This document shows positions 9,967-19,593 of a stretch of DNA of 64,000 nt, piece by piece; the stretch's first letter is position 1; every line of letters starts with the position of its first letter. The translations under genes and the position numbers were made by a program. The notes under the pieces were generated by a model, which saw only the letters and a program-made list of their open reading frames with translations, was not told where the DNA came from and ran no database searches. This DNA is from Bacteroidia bacterium. Lineage in GTDB: Bacteria > Bacteroidota > Bacteroidia > JADZBD01. The stretch covers positions 19,722-83,721 of the forward strand of contig JAGVMA010000044.1 of the NCBI GenBank assembly GCA_020054095.1, read 5' to 3'.

Positions 9967-10734
9967 ATGGCAAAAATAATTTCGTATAACCTCAATGGCA
10001 TACGTGCTTCATTAAAAAAAGGATTGGCAGATTGGGTATTGGCATCAAAAGCCGATGTTATTTGTTTTCAGGAAATAAAAGCAACCCCCGAGCAATTTGA
10101 TGTTGGCGTTTTTGAGCAAATGGGTTACCACCACTATTGGTATCCGGCCGAAAAAAAGGGTTACAGCGGTGTGGCCATTTTATCAAAACAAAAACCCGAT
10201 AATGTGGAAATAGGTTGTGGCATTAAGCAATACGATGCCGAAGGCCGCTGGTTACGTGCCGATTTTGGCGATGTATCAGTGGTTAGCGCTTATTTTCCAT
10301 CGGGAACATCGGGCGATGAGCGTCAAAATTTCAAGTACCGATTTTTAGATGATACACACATTTATGTAAACAAACTAAAGAAAAAACGCCCAAAACTCAT
10401 TATTTCGGGCGATTACAATATTTGCCACAAGGCCATTGATATTCATAATCCGGTTAGCAATGCAAAATCATCGGGCTTTTTGCCCGAAGAACGCGAATGG
10501 CTGAGTAGGTTTATTGACAGCGGCTTTATTGATAGTTTTAGGCATTTTAATGCCGAGCCGCACCAGTATAGCTGGTGGAGCCAGCGATTTAATTCAAGAG
10601 CCAAAAACTTGGGCTGGCGCATAGATTACCACATGGTGAGCCAAAATTTAGAAAAGCAACTTAAGCGAGCCGCTATTTTACCCGAAGCCAAGCACAGCGA
10701 CCATTGCCCTATATTGGTGGAGGTAGATTTTTAG
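9967..10734 (+). CDS. xth: exodeoxyribonuclease III (AP endonuclease)
   Basis: ExoIII/APE1 family motifs NLNGIR, ICFQE and SDHCPI over its 255 aa. Confidence 0.85.
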   Translation: MAKIISYNLNGIRASLKKGLADWVLASKADVICFQEIKATPEQFDVGVFEQMGYHHYWYPAEKKGYSGVAILSKQKPDNVEIGCGIKQYDAEGRWLRADFGDVSVVSAYFPSGTSGDERQNFKYRFLDDTHIYVNKLKKKRPKLIISGDYNICHKAIDIHNPVSNAKSSGFLPEEREWLSRFIDSGFIDSFRHFNAEPHQYSWWSQRFNSRAKNLGWRIDYHMVSQNLEKQLKRAAILPEAKHSDHCPILVEVDF

Positions 10735-10889
10735 CTCATTTTTGCTTTTTTTATAGTGCATATTTCTTTTTGCACATTTGCCACACATTGTTACTTTTGC
10801 TTGTTCAGATTTTCCCATGAAACAGCAAAACACAATTTGCCGTTTTTGAATCTGAACACAACAAAACCGAAACAAGACAGAATAAGCGT

Positions 10890-12656
10890 ATGAAAAAATT
10901 ACTGGTTATTTTATTTGCCGCCTCAGCATCGTTATTTATAACATCGTGCGGTGGTGGCGCTGATGATGAAAATCAATCAACACAAGGCAAAGGCGGAGTT
11001 TATTACGGAGGAGTTTTCCGAATGAACGAAACCGAAAACTTTCGCGATTTATATCCGCTCAATGTTACCGAGGTGGTTTCGCAGCGTATCACTAACCAAA
11101 TTTACGAGGGCTTGGTAAAATTAGATCAGGCCGATTTAAAAATTATTCCTTCGATAGCCGAAAAGTGGGAGAAAAACGAAGATGCCACCGTGTGGACTTT
11201 TTACATGCGCAAAGGCGTTATGTTTCATGATGATTCTTGTTTCGCGGCTGGCAAAGGCCGCGAGGTAAAAGCGCAAGATTTTAAATGGTGTTTCGATAAA
11301 TTGTGCGAAGCATCGGTAAACAACCAGCAATACTATGTTACATTTAAAGATCGTGTGGTGGGTGCCGATGAATATTTTAAATCTACCGAAGAAAAAAAAC
11401 CATTAGCAGGTGGAGTTTCAGGAGTAAAAGTGATAGACGATTACACATTACAAGTTACTTTAAAATTTCCGTTTGCCGGATTTGAAAACATATTGGCAAT
11501 GCCCGGCTGCTGGGTTTATCCGCACGAAGCATTTGAATCTTATGGCGAAGCAATGCGCGCACACTGCGTGGGCACAGGTCCGTTTAAAGTGAATACAATT
11601 GTGGAAGGCGATGTGGTGCTGCTTGAGAAAAACACTAACTACTGGCAAATAGACGAATATGGCAACAAATTACCTTACTTGCAAGGCGTTAAATTCTTTT
11701 TCAAAAAAGAAAAGAAACAGGAATTTTTAATGTTCCGCAACGGAGAGTTGGATATGATTTTCCGTATCCCTAACGAAATGTTTGGCGAAATATTAGCCGA
11801 GCAAAAAGAAGCAAAAGATAATAATCGCCCATTTGAATTACAAAACTGTGCTGCTATGGCAACCTACTATTATGGTTTCCTTAACCCAAGTGCACCATTC
11901 GATAAAAAAGAAATTCGCATGGCATTTAACTTGGCCATTGACAGAGAAAAAATTGTGAAGTTTACTTTAAAAGGCGATGGATTACCTGCCACACATGGTG
12001 CTGTGCCCGAATTAGATGCCTTTAAATCAAAAGGATTTAATTACGATAACGTGAAAGGTTATGCTTATGACCCCGATAAAGCACGCAAATTATTAGCCGA
12101 TGCGGGTTTTGCAGGCGGAAAAGGGTTCCCGAAAATTGTATTGCAAATTAATAGTGGCGGTGGCGATCGTAACGTACTTATTGCACAAGCCATAAAAGGT
12201 ATGTTGCAAGAAAACTTAGGTGTGGAGGCAGAAATAGATCAAATACCATTTGCCGAACATTTACAAAAACTAGAAACTGGCAAAACACTTTTCTGGCGCC
12301 AGGGCTGGATAGCCGATTACCCGGATCCGGAAACATTCCTTACTCTTTTCTTAAGTACACACGTGCCGGCTAAAATGGACGACCGCTCAACTACCAATCC
12401 GTTCCGTTTTAAAAGCGCAAAATTCGATTCGTTGTTTTTAGCCGCCATGAAAGAAACCGATGAGAAAAAACGCTTTGAGCTTTACTCGATGGCCGATGCA
12501 ATTGTTACTGACGAAGCTCCTTTTATGCCATTAGTGTATGACGAAAGCTATCGCCTGATACAAACCAATGTGAAAAATTTTCCGGTTAACGCAATGGAGT
12601 ACCGCGATTTAACCAAAACGTATTTTGTTCCTAAAAAAGAGAATAAGAAAAAATAG
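10890..12656 (+). CDS. ABC transporter substrate-binding lipoprotein (SBP family 5, oligopeptide/nickel type)
   Basis: Lipoprotein signal (LFITSCGG), 588 aa, and family-5 SBP-like sequence features. Confidence 0.7.
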   Translation: MKKLLVILFAASASLFITSCGGGADDENQSTQGKGGVYYGGVFRMNETENFRDLYPLNVTEVVSQRITNQIYEGLVKLDQADLKIIPSIAEKWEKNEDATVWTFYMRKGVMFHDDSCFAAGKGREVKAQDFKWCFDKLCEASVNNQQYYVTFKDRVVGADEYFKSTEEKKPLAGGVSGVKVIDDYTLQVTLKFPFAGFENILAMPGCWVYPHEAFESYGEAMRAHCVGTGPFKVNTIVEGDVVLLEKNTNYWQIDEYGNKLPYLQGVKFFFKKEKKQEFLMFRNGELDMIFRIPNEMFGEILAEQKEAKDNNRPFELQNCAAMATYYYGFLNPSAPFDKKEIRMAFNLAIDREKIVKFTLKGDGLPATHGAVPELDAFKSKGFNYDNVKGYAYDPDKARKLLADAGFAGGKGFPKIVLQINSGGGDRNVLIAQAIKGMLQENLGVEAEIDQIPFAEHLQKLETGKTLFWRQGWIADYPDPETFLTLFLSTHVPAKMDDRSTTNPFRFKSAKFDSLFLAAMKETDEKKRFELYSMADAIVTDEAPFMPLVYDESYRLIQTNVKNFPVNAMEYRDLTKTYFVPKKENKKK

Positions 12657-12680
12657 TTTTTTTCTTATTTATAATTTGTA

Positions 12681-12718
12681 AAAATCCCTTGCTGTGTGGC
12701 CAGGGATTTTTATTTTTT
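12681..12718 (+). terminator. rho-independent terminator after the SBP gene
   Basis: aaaatccct...agggatttt stem followed by a T-run. Confidence 0.6.
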
Positions 12719-12892
12719 ACTAAGCCGCACAATTTCCTGAAGTAGGGCATTTTCTTTTTTTAGCTGGGCGAAAAAATTAAATCATGCAGTTTTTATAGTT
12801 TATATAAAATGCGGATGCAGCAAACTAACGGCAGTATTTAATTTTTATTGTGTGCAGTTTTGTTAACGAATGTTAAAATAAGGTTGATAGGG

Positions 12893-12960
12893 AAGGGTTA
12901 TTGCGAGCAATAGGTCGTGCTTAGACAAGCCCGCCTGCGGCAGGCAGGTTCAGGATGACT
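12893..12960. repeat. palindromic repeat family copy at the left edge of the AT-rich island
   Basis: ttattgcgagcaata palindrome plus gcccgcctgcggcaggcagg, the inverted match of gcctgcctgcgaaaggcgggc in the copy at 4745-4767. Confidence 0.5.
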
Positions 12961-13071
12961 TACGCATTGTTACACAGAGACTATCTAAGCGGAGAAGAAA
13001 CCTTGTTTTATGCAGATTGTGAAGAACTTAATTTGCGCTACCATGCAATGCTAATAACTGAGCACAAAAAA

Positions 13072-13500
13072 TTATTTATTTCTGAAAGTCAATATTTTTT
13101 CAAAATCAAGAAGTTTAAGCATCTTAAAATCATTTGCATAGTGTTTTATGTATTCGCTTACTGGTAATGCAACCACATTTAAGAAATGATTTTCTTTTTG
13201 CTCCAATATGTAATTATCTAACCACATATAATCTTTCTTTAATTGCAATCCAGCTTCATCGCCCTCGATGAGCATTGAAAGCTTCTTGGCTTCTGCAAAG
13301 TTTGTGCAAATAAATCCTTGCCTTAGGTTTTCGGCCGAATGTAGTCTTAACTTATAAATATCTTTTCCGTCAATTATTAAATGATGTTGCTGCCATTTAT
13401 AGCAAGCCTCCTTATTTGAATAGATGAAATCAATGTAGGGTTCGCCCGCTTTAACTATTTTTTTATCATACTCCTTTAAATTTTCAAATGCAAAAATCAT
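13072..13500 (-). CDS. hypothetical 142-aa protein translationally coupled to the RM enzyme gene
   Basis: Its ATG overlaps the TGA of the upstream gene (ATGA at 13497-13500). It shares the island's AT-rich composition. No motif was recognised. Confidence 0.5.
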   Translation of the reverse strand: MIFAFENLKEYDKKIVKAGEPYIDFIYSNKEACYKWQQHHLIIDGKDIYKLRLHSAENLRQGFICTNFAEAKKLSMLIEGDEAGLQLKKDYMWLDNYILEQKENHFLNVVALPVSEYIKHYANDFKMLKLLDFEKILTFRNK

Positions 13501-16500
13501 TTTCTTTCAATTATTTTTATTTCTTCTTTGGTAAGGTCGTAAAGTTTATAAACCAATTCGTCAATTTTCCTTTCCTGTTCGCTACTGTCTTTGCTTTGTT
13601 GTTTGAGTGAAATTATCTTGTCAACCAGTTTTGCTATTTCGTTAGCGTCTTTGTCAGCCGGTTTGTAAATAGGAATTTCAAGTAATGGTTCTTTGTCTAA
13701 TTGATAAGCGTTGCCTTGCATTTTACCTTTTTTGCGAAGCCAAAAAGCAACAAGTTTTGAGTTGAGCAAACCTGTCAAATATTTTAAGTTTATTCTTTTT
13801 GAACGAATAACATTAAAAGACATCATTACATATGCTTCTTCTTCCGTGAATGCAAATGTTGGAACAGCACATTTTCTAACACTTAAAATTTTCTCACCTT
13901 TTTCAAAGAAATATTCATCTCTTGGCCAATGCAAATTATTAAAACCGAGTTTGCCCTGTTGGTTTTCTCTGCGGTCTTCCATAATCTCCTTGAATTTCTC
14001 TAAATGAGAAATAAGTTTTGGTGCATCGTTTTTGAAATTCTTCTTTGTGATGTAGATAATCTCTTTGTCAAAATCATTTATTGAATACTTGTCAATTAGA
14101 TAAGGCTCGTAAACAGGTTTAATGTATCTGCTTTCTTTCACAGATAATTTTCCGAAAAAACCTTTATCAATAATGAAAACACCATCGCCAACTTTTATAT
14201 TTTCTTTTTTTACTCTTGCCGCTGGTAATTTTAGAATGTTATTATTGTTTACAACATCAGGATTAGGAACAATTCCCTGAGCAATTTCTTTCTTTGGGTC
14301 AATTATGAAATTGTGTTTTGTTTTTATCTTCTCAAGCAATCCTGAGTTTTCGTCTGTGTTAAAAGTCAATGGCTTATCAATTAAATTGCCTTTCAATATT
14401 GTTGGTGAAAGTAAATTTGATTTTTCGGTTTCTGTTCCATCAAGTAAGTTTAACACATCCTGCAAAACAAGTTTATCACCTTCTAACCGTCTGTAATCAA
14501 AACTATAATTGTCTGCTGTTTTGGTGTTTTTGAAAAGCATTATCATAGTTTGAATAGAGGCGTTTTCAAAAATCATATATGCACCAAAGTCAGTAAGATT
14601 TACGATTTGGCTATTTTGAATTACAATGTTTCTGAAATTTGATGCCCCTGCATTTGTACCCCAGTTGTTTGTTGCGATGTAACACAAATAATTATCTCGT
14701 TTCAAAATCTTTAAACCTAAATCGCCAAACAAATACCAAATGTCCATTTTACCCTGATAACATTCAAGGTTTCGCAAGCCATTAAAAGCATCACGGTTTG
14801 TATCTTCTTTGATGTATGGCGGATTTCCAATGATTAAATCAAAACCTTCAAACTCACCTTTGTTGTTAAGCACTTCGGGAAATTCAAAACGCCATTCAAA
14901 AGCGTTTTTGTATAAAGCATTAGATTTTATCTCCTCAATTTCTTTTGAAAGTTTATTTATATCATCCTCAAGTTTTTTCTGCCTTTCCTTTAAATCTTTT
15001 TTATAGTTTTTATTTCCATAGTTTGGTTCATCCTCTTTCACCATTCCTTTAAACAAATTGGGAGAAACAATAAGATAAAGTTCTTCGCTTAATTTTTGTA
15101 GCCGCTTAACTTTCGGGTCGTTTTTATAAATCTCGGTTCTGAAATCGCCTTTAATGGTGTCAATAATTTTCTGCAATCCCCTTTTTACATCACGATTTTT
15201 TTCGTTTTTATATTCGTTTACAAAACCCCTGTATGCTTTTATGTCGTGCTTTATGCTTTTCAGAGCTTTACTCAAATCAGCATCTAATGGAAAACGGCTT
15301 AATAAACTGTTTGCGCATTTTATATTGATGTCAATGTTTGGAAGCGTTTCAAGCTCTGTGTATTCTGTTTCTTTGTAGTAAGCATTTTTCAACAATTCTA
15401 TCCATAAACGCAATCGGCATATAAGAACAGATTTTGGGTTAATGTCAACGCCAAACAAACAGTTTTCAATGATGGTTTGCTTTTGATGAAAAAGCGTTTT
15501 TTGGATTTTCTGTTTCGAAGAGTTTGTTATTCGCTCATATGCTGCTTTATCACCCCCAAAGCTATAAGAGATGCTTTTGTTTTGAATTTGAGGTGCTACA
15601 TAAGAAAAACGCTCGTATGTATCTTTGTCGTAAACATATAGTTCGTCATCTAAAACCTCAACTACTACATTATGCAACACATTGCCTTTTTCATCAGCCA
15701 AAATGCCTAACTCAGATTTGATAGCAATCATTTCATTGAGTGCAGAAACTAAAAAGTGTCCTGAACCTACTGCTGGGTCGCAGATGTGTAATGAATTGAT
15801 GATTTCATTTGCTTTTAAAATTTCTCCGGTTTTGAAAAGGCGCGAAGTGTAGTTCTTAATATCATCAAATTTGTCAAAAAGTTTTTTGCTTTTGTCTGCT
15901 AATGCTTCGTTGAACTTTTCTACAACCGCCAAACGGATTGATTGACGGCACATATACATTGTGATAAATGCAGGTGTGAAAATTGAACCGTCACGGTAGC
16001 CGTTTATTTTTTCAAATACTTTTCCAAGAACGGAAGCATTTATCAGTTGCTTGTTGTCTTTTTGCCAATCTTCTGACCCTTCGCTTGCAAAATCGTAAGC
16101 ATCTAAAAATTGAAACAAGTAATCCAAAGAGGGCAGCGAAGCTGTCTTCTTTTTGATTTCTTTTAAGATGGTTGTATTTATTATTTCAAGCTGTCCGTCA
16201 TTTTCAAGCGAATTGATTTTGATCGTTTGGTCTTCCAGTTCGCTGATTTCAAATAGAGAACTGTTTAAGTATGGAACACGGTTGTATTTTGATTTGATTA
16301 GCCCTGTTCTGTCAGCAATGTTTACCGCTAAAACTTTGTGAAACAGTTTAAACAGTTCATCATAGTCGTGAATGGTTTCTGAATTAAGGAAACGATAATC
16401 TTTATTTCCTTGATGATAGGCAATGAGTTGACCTTCCAATAATTTCAAAAACAAAATCCTGTTTATCCAAGTAATACAGAGTTCTAAAGCAATATTGAAA

Positions 16501-17450
16501 GTTTGTTCTTCTTTGTTTTCGCCATAAACTTTGATGTCGGGAATACGGTGAAATGTATCTTCTGTTTTTAATGCTTCAATTGTTAGTTCAATAAGTGAAG
16601 CGGCATTTTTGTTTTCCTTCTTTCGTCTAATTACATTTTTTGTTCCTTCTCTTGCTTCTTCCAGTCCGATGATATGAAGCAACTCTTTGTAAAATCTTTC
16701 ATTTAGTGTGTTGCTGTCGTTTGGCGAAACAATTTTCAAAAGATGCTGTGGCGAAAGAATTTTGTAAAGTGCAACAAGTTCTTTGTCGTCATCCGTTTTA
16801 GTGTTACGGAGAATTTTCTCGTAATCCCTAATGTCAAAATAAACGCAAGGAATTTCAACCTCTATTTTAGAAACAATTTTTGCAATCTCTTCATAAAACC
16901 AAGGATTATCTTTCTTGTCGTTTACTTTGGTTTCGTATAGTTTTCGGATTTGTGTGTTTCGGTAAATATGTTTGTCAAAGTAGTTTGCATCAATGATAAA
17001 CCATTGGTTGATGTCAGTAACAACCAGATGTTTTAGCTGCACATTTTCCTTTGCGTTTCTTTCTGTCAGGTAATAAAGAATGAGTTCGTGTAATGCTTTT
17101 TTGTTGGCATTGTGAGCCGTAATCATTTCTTTAGCATTGGAAGGTCGTTTTGCTTCAATAATTACCGCAACATCCGTGTCTGTTGATTTGCCAATGTGAA
17201 TTACCAAATCTTTTTTGTCTTTGGTGTTTATGGCGTTGCTATCAATGTAGAAAGTGTCACGAAGGAAGTCGCGGAGATTGTTTTTTAAGTGTTCTTCGCT
17301 TTCGTCTTTGGGTTGCTTTTCAATAACACTAATCTTGTCAAACAAAGCAATCAAGTTGTTTTTAAACTTGTCTCTTTCGCTTTCTGAAGGTCGTTGCTTC
17401 AAAAATGCTTTAATTGCTTTTTTGGGTGATTGTGTTACTAATTTCATCAA
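13497..17450 (-). CDS. type IIG (MmeI/Eco57I-like) restriction-modification enzyme: N-terminal PD-(D/E)xK nuclease, gamma-class N6-adenine MTase, C-terminal TRD
   Basis: The 1317-aa protein has DTDVAVIIEAKRP (D...ExK), then VPYLNSSLFE and GSIFTP (motif X), DPAVGSGHFLVSAL (motif I), CANSLLS, EWRFEFPEV and FDLIIGNPPY (motif IV). It ends in a TaqI/Eco57I-type C-terminal specificity domain (...ELVYKLYDLTKEEIKIIE). These align with MmeI landmarks. Confidence 0.8.
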   Translation of the reverse strand: MMKLVTQSPKKAIKAFLKQRPSESERDKFKNNLIALFDKISVIEKQPKDESEEHLKNNLRDFLRDTFYIDSNAINTKDKKDLVIHIGKSTDTDVAVIIEAKRPSNAKEMITAHNANKKALHELILYYLTERNAKENVQLKHLVVTDINQWFIIDANYFDKHIYRNTQIRKLYETKVNDKKDNPWFYEEIAKIVSKIEVEIPCVYFDIRDYEKILRNTKTDDDKELVALYKILSPQHLLKIVSPNDSNTLNERFYKELLHIIGLEEAREGTKNVIRRKKENKNAASLIELTIEALKTEDTFHRIPDIKVYGENKEEQTFNIALELCITWINRILFLKLLEGQLIAYHQGNKDYRFLNSETIHDYDELFKLFHKVLAVNIADRTGLIKSKYNRVPYLNSSLFEISELEDQTIKINSLENDGQLEIINTTILKEIKKKTASLPSLDYLFQFLDAYDFASEGSEDWQKDNKQLINASVLGKVFEKINGYRDGSIFTPAFITMYMCRQSIRLAVVEKFNEALADKSKKLFDKFDDIKNYTSRLFKTGEILKANEIINSLHICDPAVGSGHFLVSALNEMIAIKSELGILADEKGNVLHNVVVEVLDDELYVYDKDTYERFSYVAPQIQNKSISYSFGGDKAAYERITNSSKQKIQKTLFHQKQTIIENCLFGVDINPKSVLICRLRLWIELLKNAYYKETEYTELETLPNIDINIKCANSLLSRFPLDADLSKALKSIKHDIKAYRGFVNEYKNEKNRDVKRGLQKIIDTIKGDFRTEIYKNDPKVKRLQKLSEELYLIVSPNLFKGMVKEDEPNYGNKNYKKDLKERQKKLEDDINKLSKEIEEIKSNALYKNAFEWRFEFPEVLNNKGEFEGFDLIIGNPPYIKEDTNRDAFNGLRNLECYQGKMDIWYLFGDLGLKILKRDNYLCYIATNNWGTNAGASNFRNIVIQNSQIVNLTDFGAYMIFENASIQTMIMLFKNTKTADNYSFDYRRLEGDKLVLQDVLNLLDGTETEKSNLLSPTILKGNLIDKPLTFNTDENSGLLEKIKTKHNFIIDPKKEIAQGIVPNPDVVNNNNILKLPAARVKKENIKVGDGVFIIDKGFFGKLSVKESRYIKPVYEPYLIDKYSINDFDKEIIYITKKNFKNDAPKLISHLEKFKEIMEDRRENQQGKLGFNNLHWPRDEYFFEKGEKILSVRKCAVPTFAFTEEEAYVMMSFNVIRSKRINLKYLTGLLNSKLVAFWLRKKGKMQGNAYQLDKEPLLEIPIYKPADKDANEIAKLVDKIISLKQQSKDSSEQERKIDELVYKLYDLTKEEIKIIERK

Positions 17451-17471
17451 ATATTCCTGTCAATAATTAAA

Positions 17472-17492
17472 AGACCTAAATTAGGTTTTTTG
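17472..17492. terminator. hairpin plus T-run between the hflX end and the RM gene start
   Basis: agacctaaattaggt palindrome followed by tttttt. Confidence 0.35.
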
Positions 17493-17563
17493 TCAGCAGA
17501 ATACATTAAAACTTTTTATTTGTTAAAAAATAAAGTAATTACTTGCAATTGGTGCGGTAGCCC

Positions 17564-18766
17564 TCAATACAAAAACGAATTATACGGATAACGGATGCTA
17601 TGCATTTTTTTAACCATATCGTAAAGGGTACTGCGCATTTCATCAATATTTTGTTTTTTAACGGCAGCAATAAAAACACATTTTATATTTTGGTTTCCCA
17701 TCCACGATTTTTTCCAATCATCGAGCGAATAGTTTCGCTTTGTTACAGGCGATAAATCAATAGGGTCTTTTTCTTCGTAAGTAAATGCATCAATTTTATT
17801 AAATACCAAAAGCGTAGGTTTATCGTGTGCTTTAATATCGGCAAGGGTTTGGTTCACCACATTTATTTGGTCTTCAAAATGGGGGTTAGAAATATCTACC
17901 ACGTGTACTAAAATATCTTCCTCGCGCACTTCGTCAAGTGTAGATTTAAATGATTCTACCAACTGTGTGGGCAGCTTGCGAATAAACCCAACTGTATCGC
18001 TCAGTAAAAAAGGTACATTGTCAATCACCACTTTTCGTACAGTAGTATCAAGCGTGGCAAATAATTTATTTTCAGCAAATACTTCTGATTTACTAAGCAT
18101 ATTCATAATAGTAGATTTTCCCACATTGGTATATCCCACCAAAGCAACTCGTATTAATTCGCCCCTGTTTTTTCGCTGGGTTGCCATTTGTTTATCTATG
18201 TCTACTAATTTTTGTTTTAACAGTGCAATGCGGTCGCGCAAAATTCTGCGGTCGCTTTCAATTTGCAATTCGCCCGAACCGCCACGAGTTCCGGTGCCAC
18301 CGCGCTGGCGCTCTAAGTGGGTCCACATACCGGTGAGGCGTGGCAGCATGTATTGGTAGTAAGCTAATTCTACTTGTGTTTTAGCATAAGCAGTTTGTGC
18401 CCGCTGCGAAAATATTTGCAGTATAAGCGAATTGCGGTCATGAATTTTTATGTTCAATTCTTTTTCCACATTTCGCATCTGCGATGGCGAAAGTTCATCA
18501 TCGAAAATTGCGATTTGTATTTTATGCTCATCTACATATTTTTTTATTTCCTGTAATTTTCCGCTGCCTACAAATGTTCGCACATCGGGCTTTTCGAGTT
18601 TTTGAGTAAAGCGTTTTTTTGCATCGGCACCATAAGTGAGTGCTAAGAATGCTAACTCATCTAAATACTCGTTTAATTTATTTTCATCTTGCTCACGATT
18701 AATTAAGCCAATGAGCAGTGCAGGAATTAAATCGGCAGGTTTTGTATGTTTAATTTTTTCGAGCAA
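17564..18766 (-). CDS. hflX: GTPase HflX
   Basis: HflX N-domain followed by a G domain (GYTNVGKST, DTVGF, NKID). Confidence 0.85.
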   Translation of the reverse strand: MLEKIKHTKPADLIPALLIGLINREQDENKLNEYLDELAFLALTYGADAKKRFTQKLEKPDVRTFVGSGKLQEIKKYVDEHKIQIAIFDDELSPSQMRNVEKELNIKIHDRNSLILQIFSQRAQTAYAKTQVELAYYQYMLPRLTGMWTHLERQRGGTGTRGGSGELQIESDRRILRDRIALLKQKLVDIDKQMATQRKNRGELIRVALVGYTNVGKSTIMNMLSKSEVFAENKLFATLDTTVRKVVIDNVPFLLSDTVGFIRKLPTQLVESFKSTLDEVREEDILVHVVDISNPHFEDQINVVNQTLADIKAHDKPTLLVFNKIDAFTYEEKDPIDLSPVTKRNYSLDDWKKSWMGNQNIKCVFIAAVKKQNIDEMRSTLYDMVKKMHSIRYPYNSFLY

Positions 18767-18787
18767 GTGATTAGAAGTTGTAAGAAA

Positions 18788-19102
18788 TTATTTTTTTAGC
18801 GTTTCGAGAAATTCGATAACGGCATAAATTTCTTGGTCGGCCATAACAGCTTTCATAGGAGCCATTGCGCCTTTTCCATCTTTAATGGTTACAAATTGTG
18901 TTTTTTTGTCCATCATGCTTTTTGATAAATCGGCAGCACCGAGAGTTCCCTTTTTACCATCATCGCCATGGCATGTTACGCAATTGGCATTGTAAATATC
19001 TTTTCCTGATATAGGCCCGGTAGGTTCGGGTTTGCGGCTGGTGTTGCCTCCACATGAAAAAAATAATGCAGGTAAAAAAAATAGAAAATAATAAACACGC
19101 AT
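18788..19102 (-). CDS. class I c-type cytochrome (lipoprotein-like)
   Basis: CVTCHGDDG heme-binding motif in a 104-aa protein with a signal peptide. Confidence 0.75.
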   Translation of the reverse strand: MRVYYFLFFLPALFFSCGGNTSRKPEPTGPISGKDIYNANCVTCHGDDGKKGTLGAADLSKSMMDKKTQFVTIKDGKGAMAPMKAVMADQEIYAVIEFLETLKK

Positions 19103-19114
19103 CGTGAAAAAAAA

Positions 19115-19573
19115 TTAAAACCAACTTCTACCTGCACCCACAGTCATGAACGGCCAGGGAATGGAAACAAAAATGATGATTAATGCAAGGATGAAAAAGA
19201 TGGCCACTTTTTTATGTTTTGCTAAATCGGTTTTTGCACGTTTGCTTAACGCACTGCCGAGTGTTATTAAAACTATTGCAATCATCATCATCGCGATGTG
19301 CTCAACAGTATAGAAGCGTAACAGTTTGTCTTTCATTGCGGCTACCATATCGGCCATGCCCGCTTTTACAACAGGGCTCATAAAATACAAAGCCAAGCCG
19401 ATGAGCAGTTGTGTGTGCACGGCTATCACCGAAAAGGTTACCATTTTTTTGTCAGTGGCTAAAAATGGTTTGTTGCCCATCCATCCGCTCACCGATTTAA
19501 TGATTGCAAAAACGATGAACAGCAGTGCAACATAGCGCAGTGTGGAGTGTATAATTAGTAGTGAATCGTACAT
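19115..19573 (-). CDS. small integral membrane protein (4 predicted TM helices)
   Basis: Hydrophobic segments throughout. It lies 12 nt upstream of the cytochrome c gene. Confidence 0.45.
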   Translation of the reverse strand: MYDSLLIIHSTLRYVALLFIVFAIIKSVSGWMGNKPFLATDKKMVTFSVIAVHTQLLIGLALYFMSPVVKAGMADMVAAMKDKLLRFYTVEHIAMMMIAIVLITLGSALSKRAKTDLAKHKKVAIFFILALIIIFVSIPWPFMTVGAGRSWF

Positions 19574-19593
19574 GATTTTATTTTTTTACAAAC

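Noticed and set aside
12955-13167. 70-aa ORF on the plus strand at the island edge
   Set aside because: It starts inside the repeat element and overlaps the better-supported minus-strand 142-aa gene. There are no recognisable features, so it is most likely spurious.
13497-17450. BREX PglX methyltransferase interpretation of the 1317-aa protein
   Set aside because: The protein has an N-terminal PD-(D/E)xK nuclease module aligned to MmeI. No brxA/B/C, pglZ or brxL genes are nearby. A stand-alone type IIG RM enzyme fits better.
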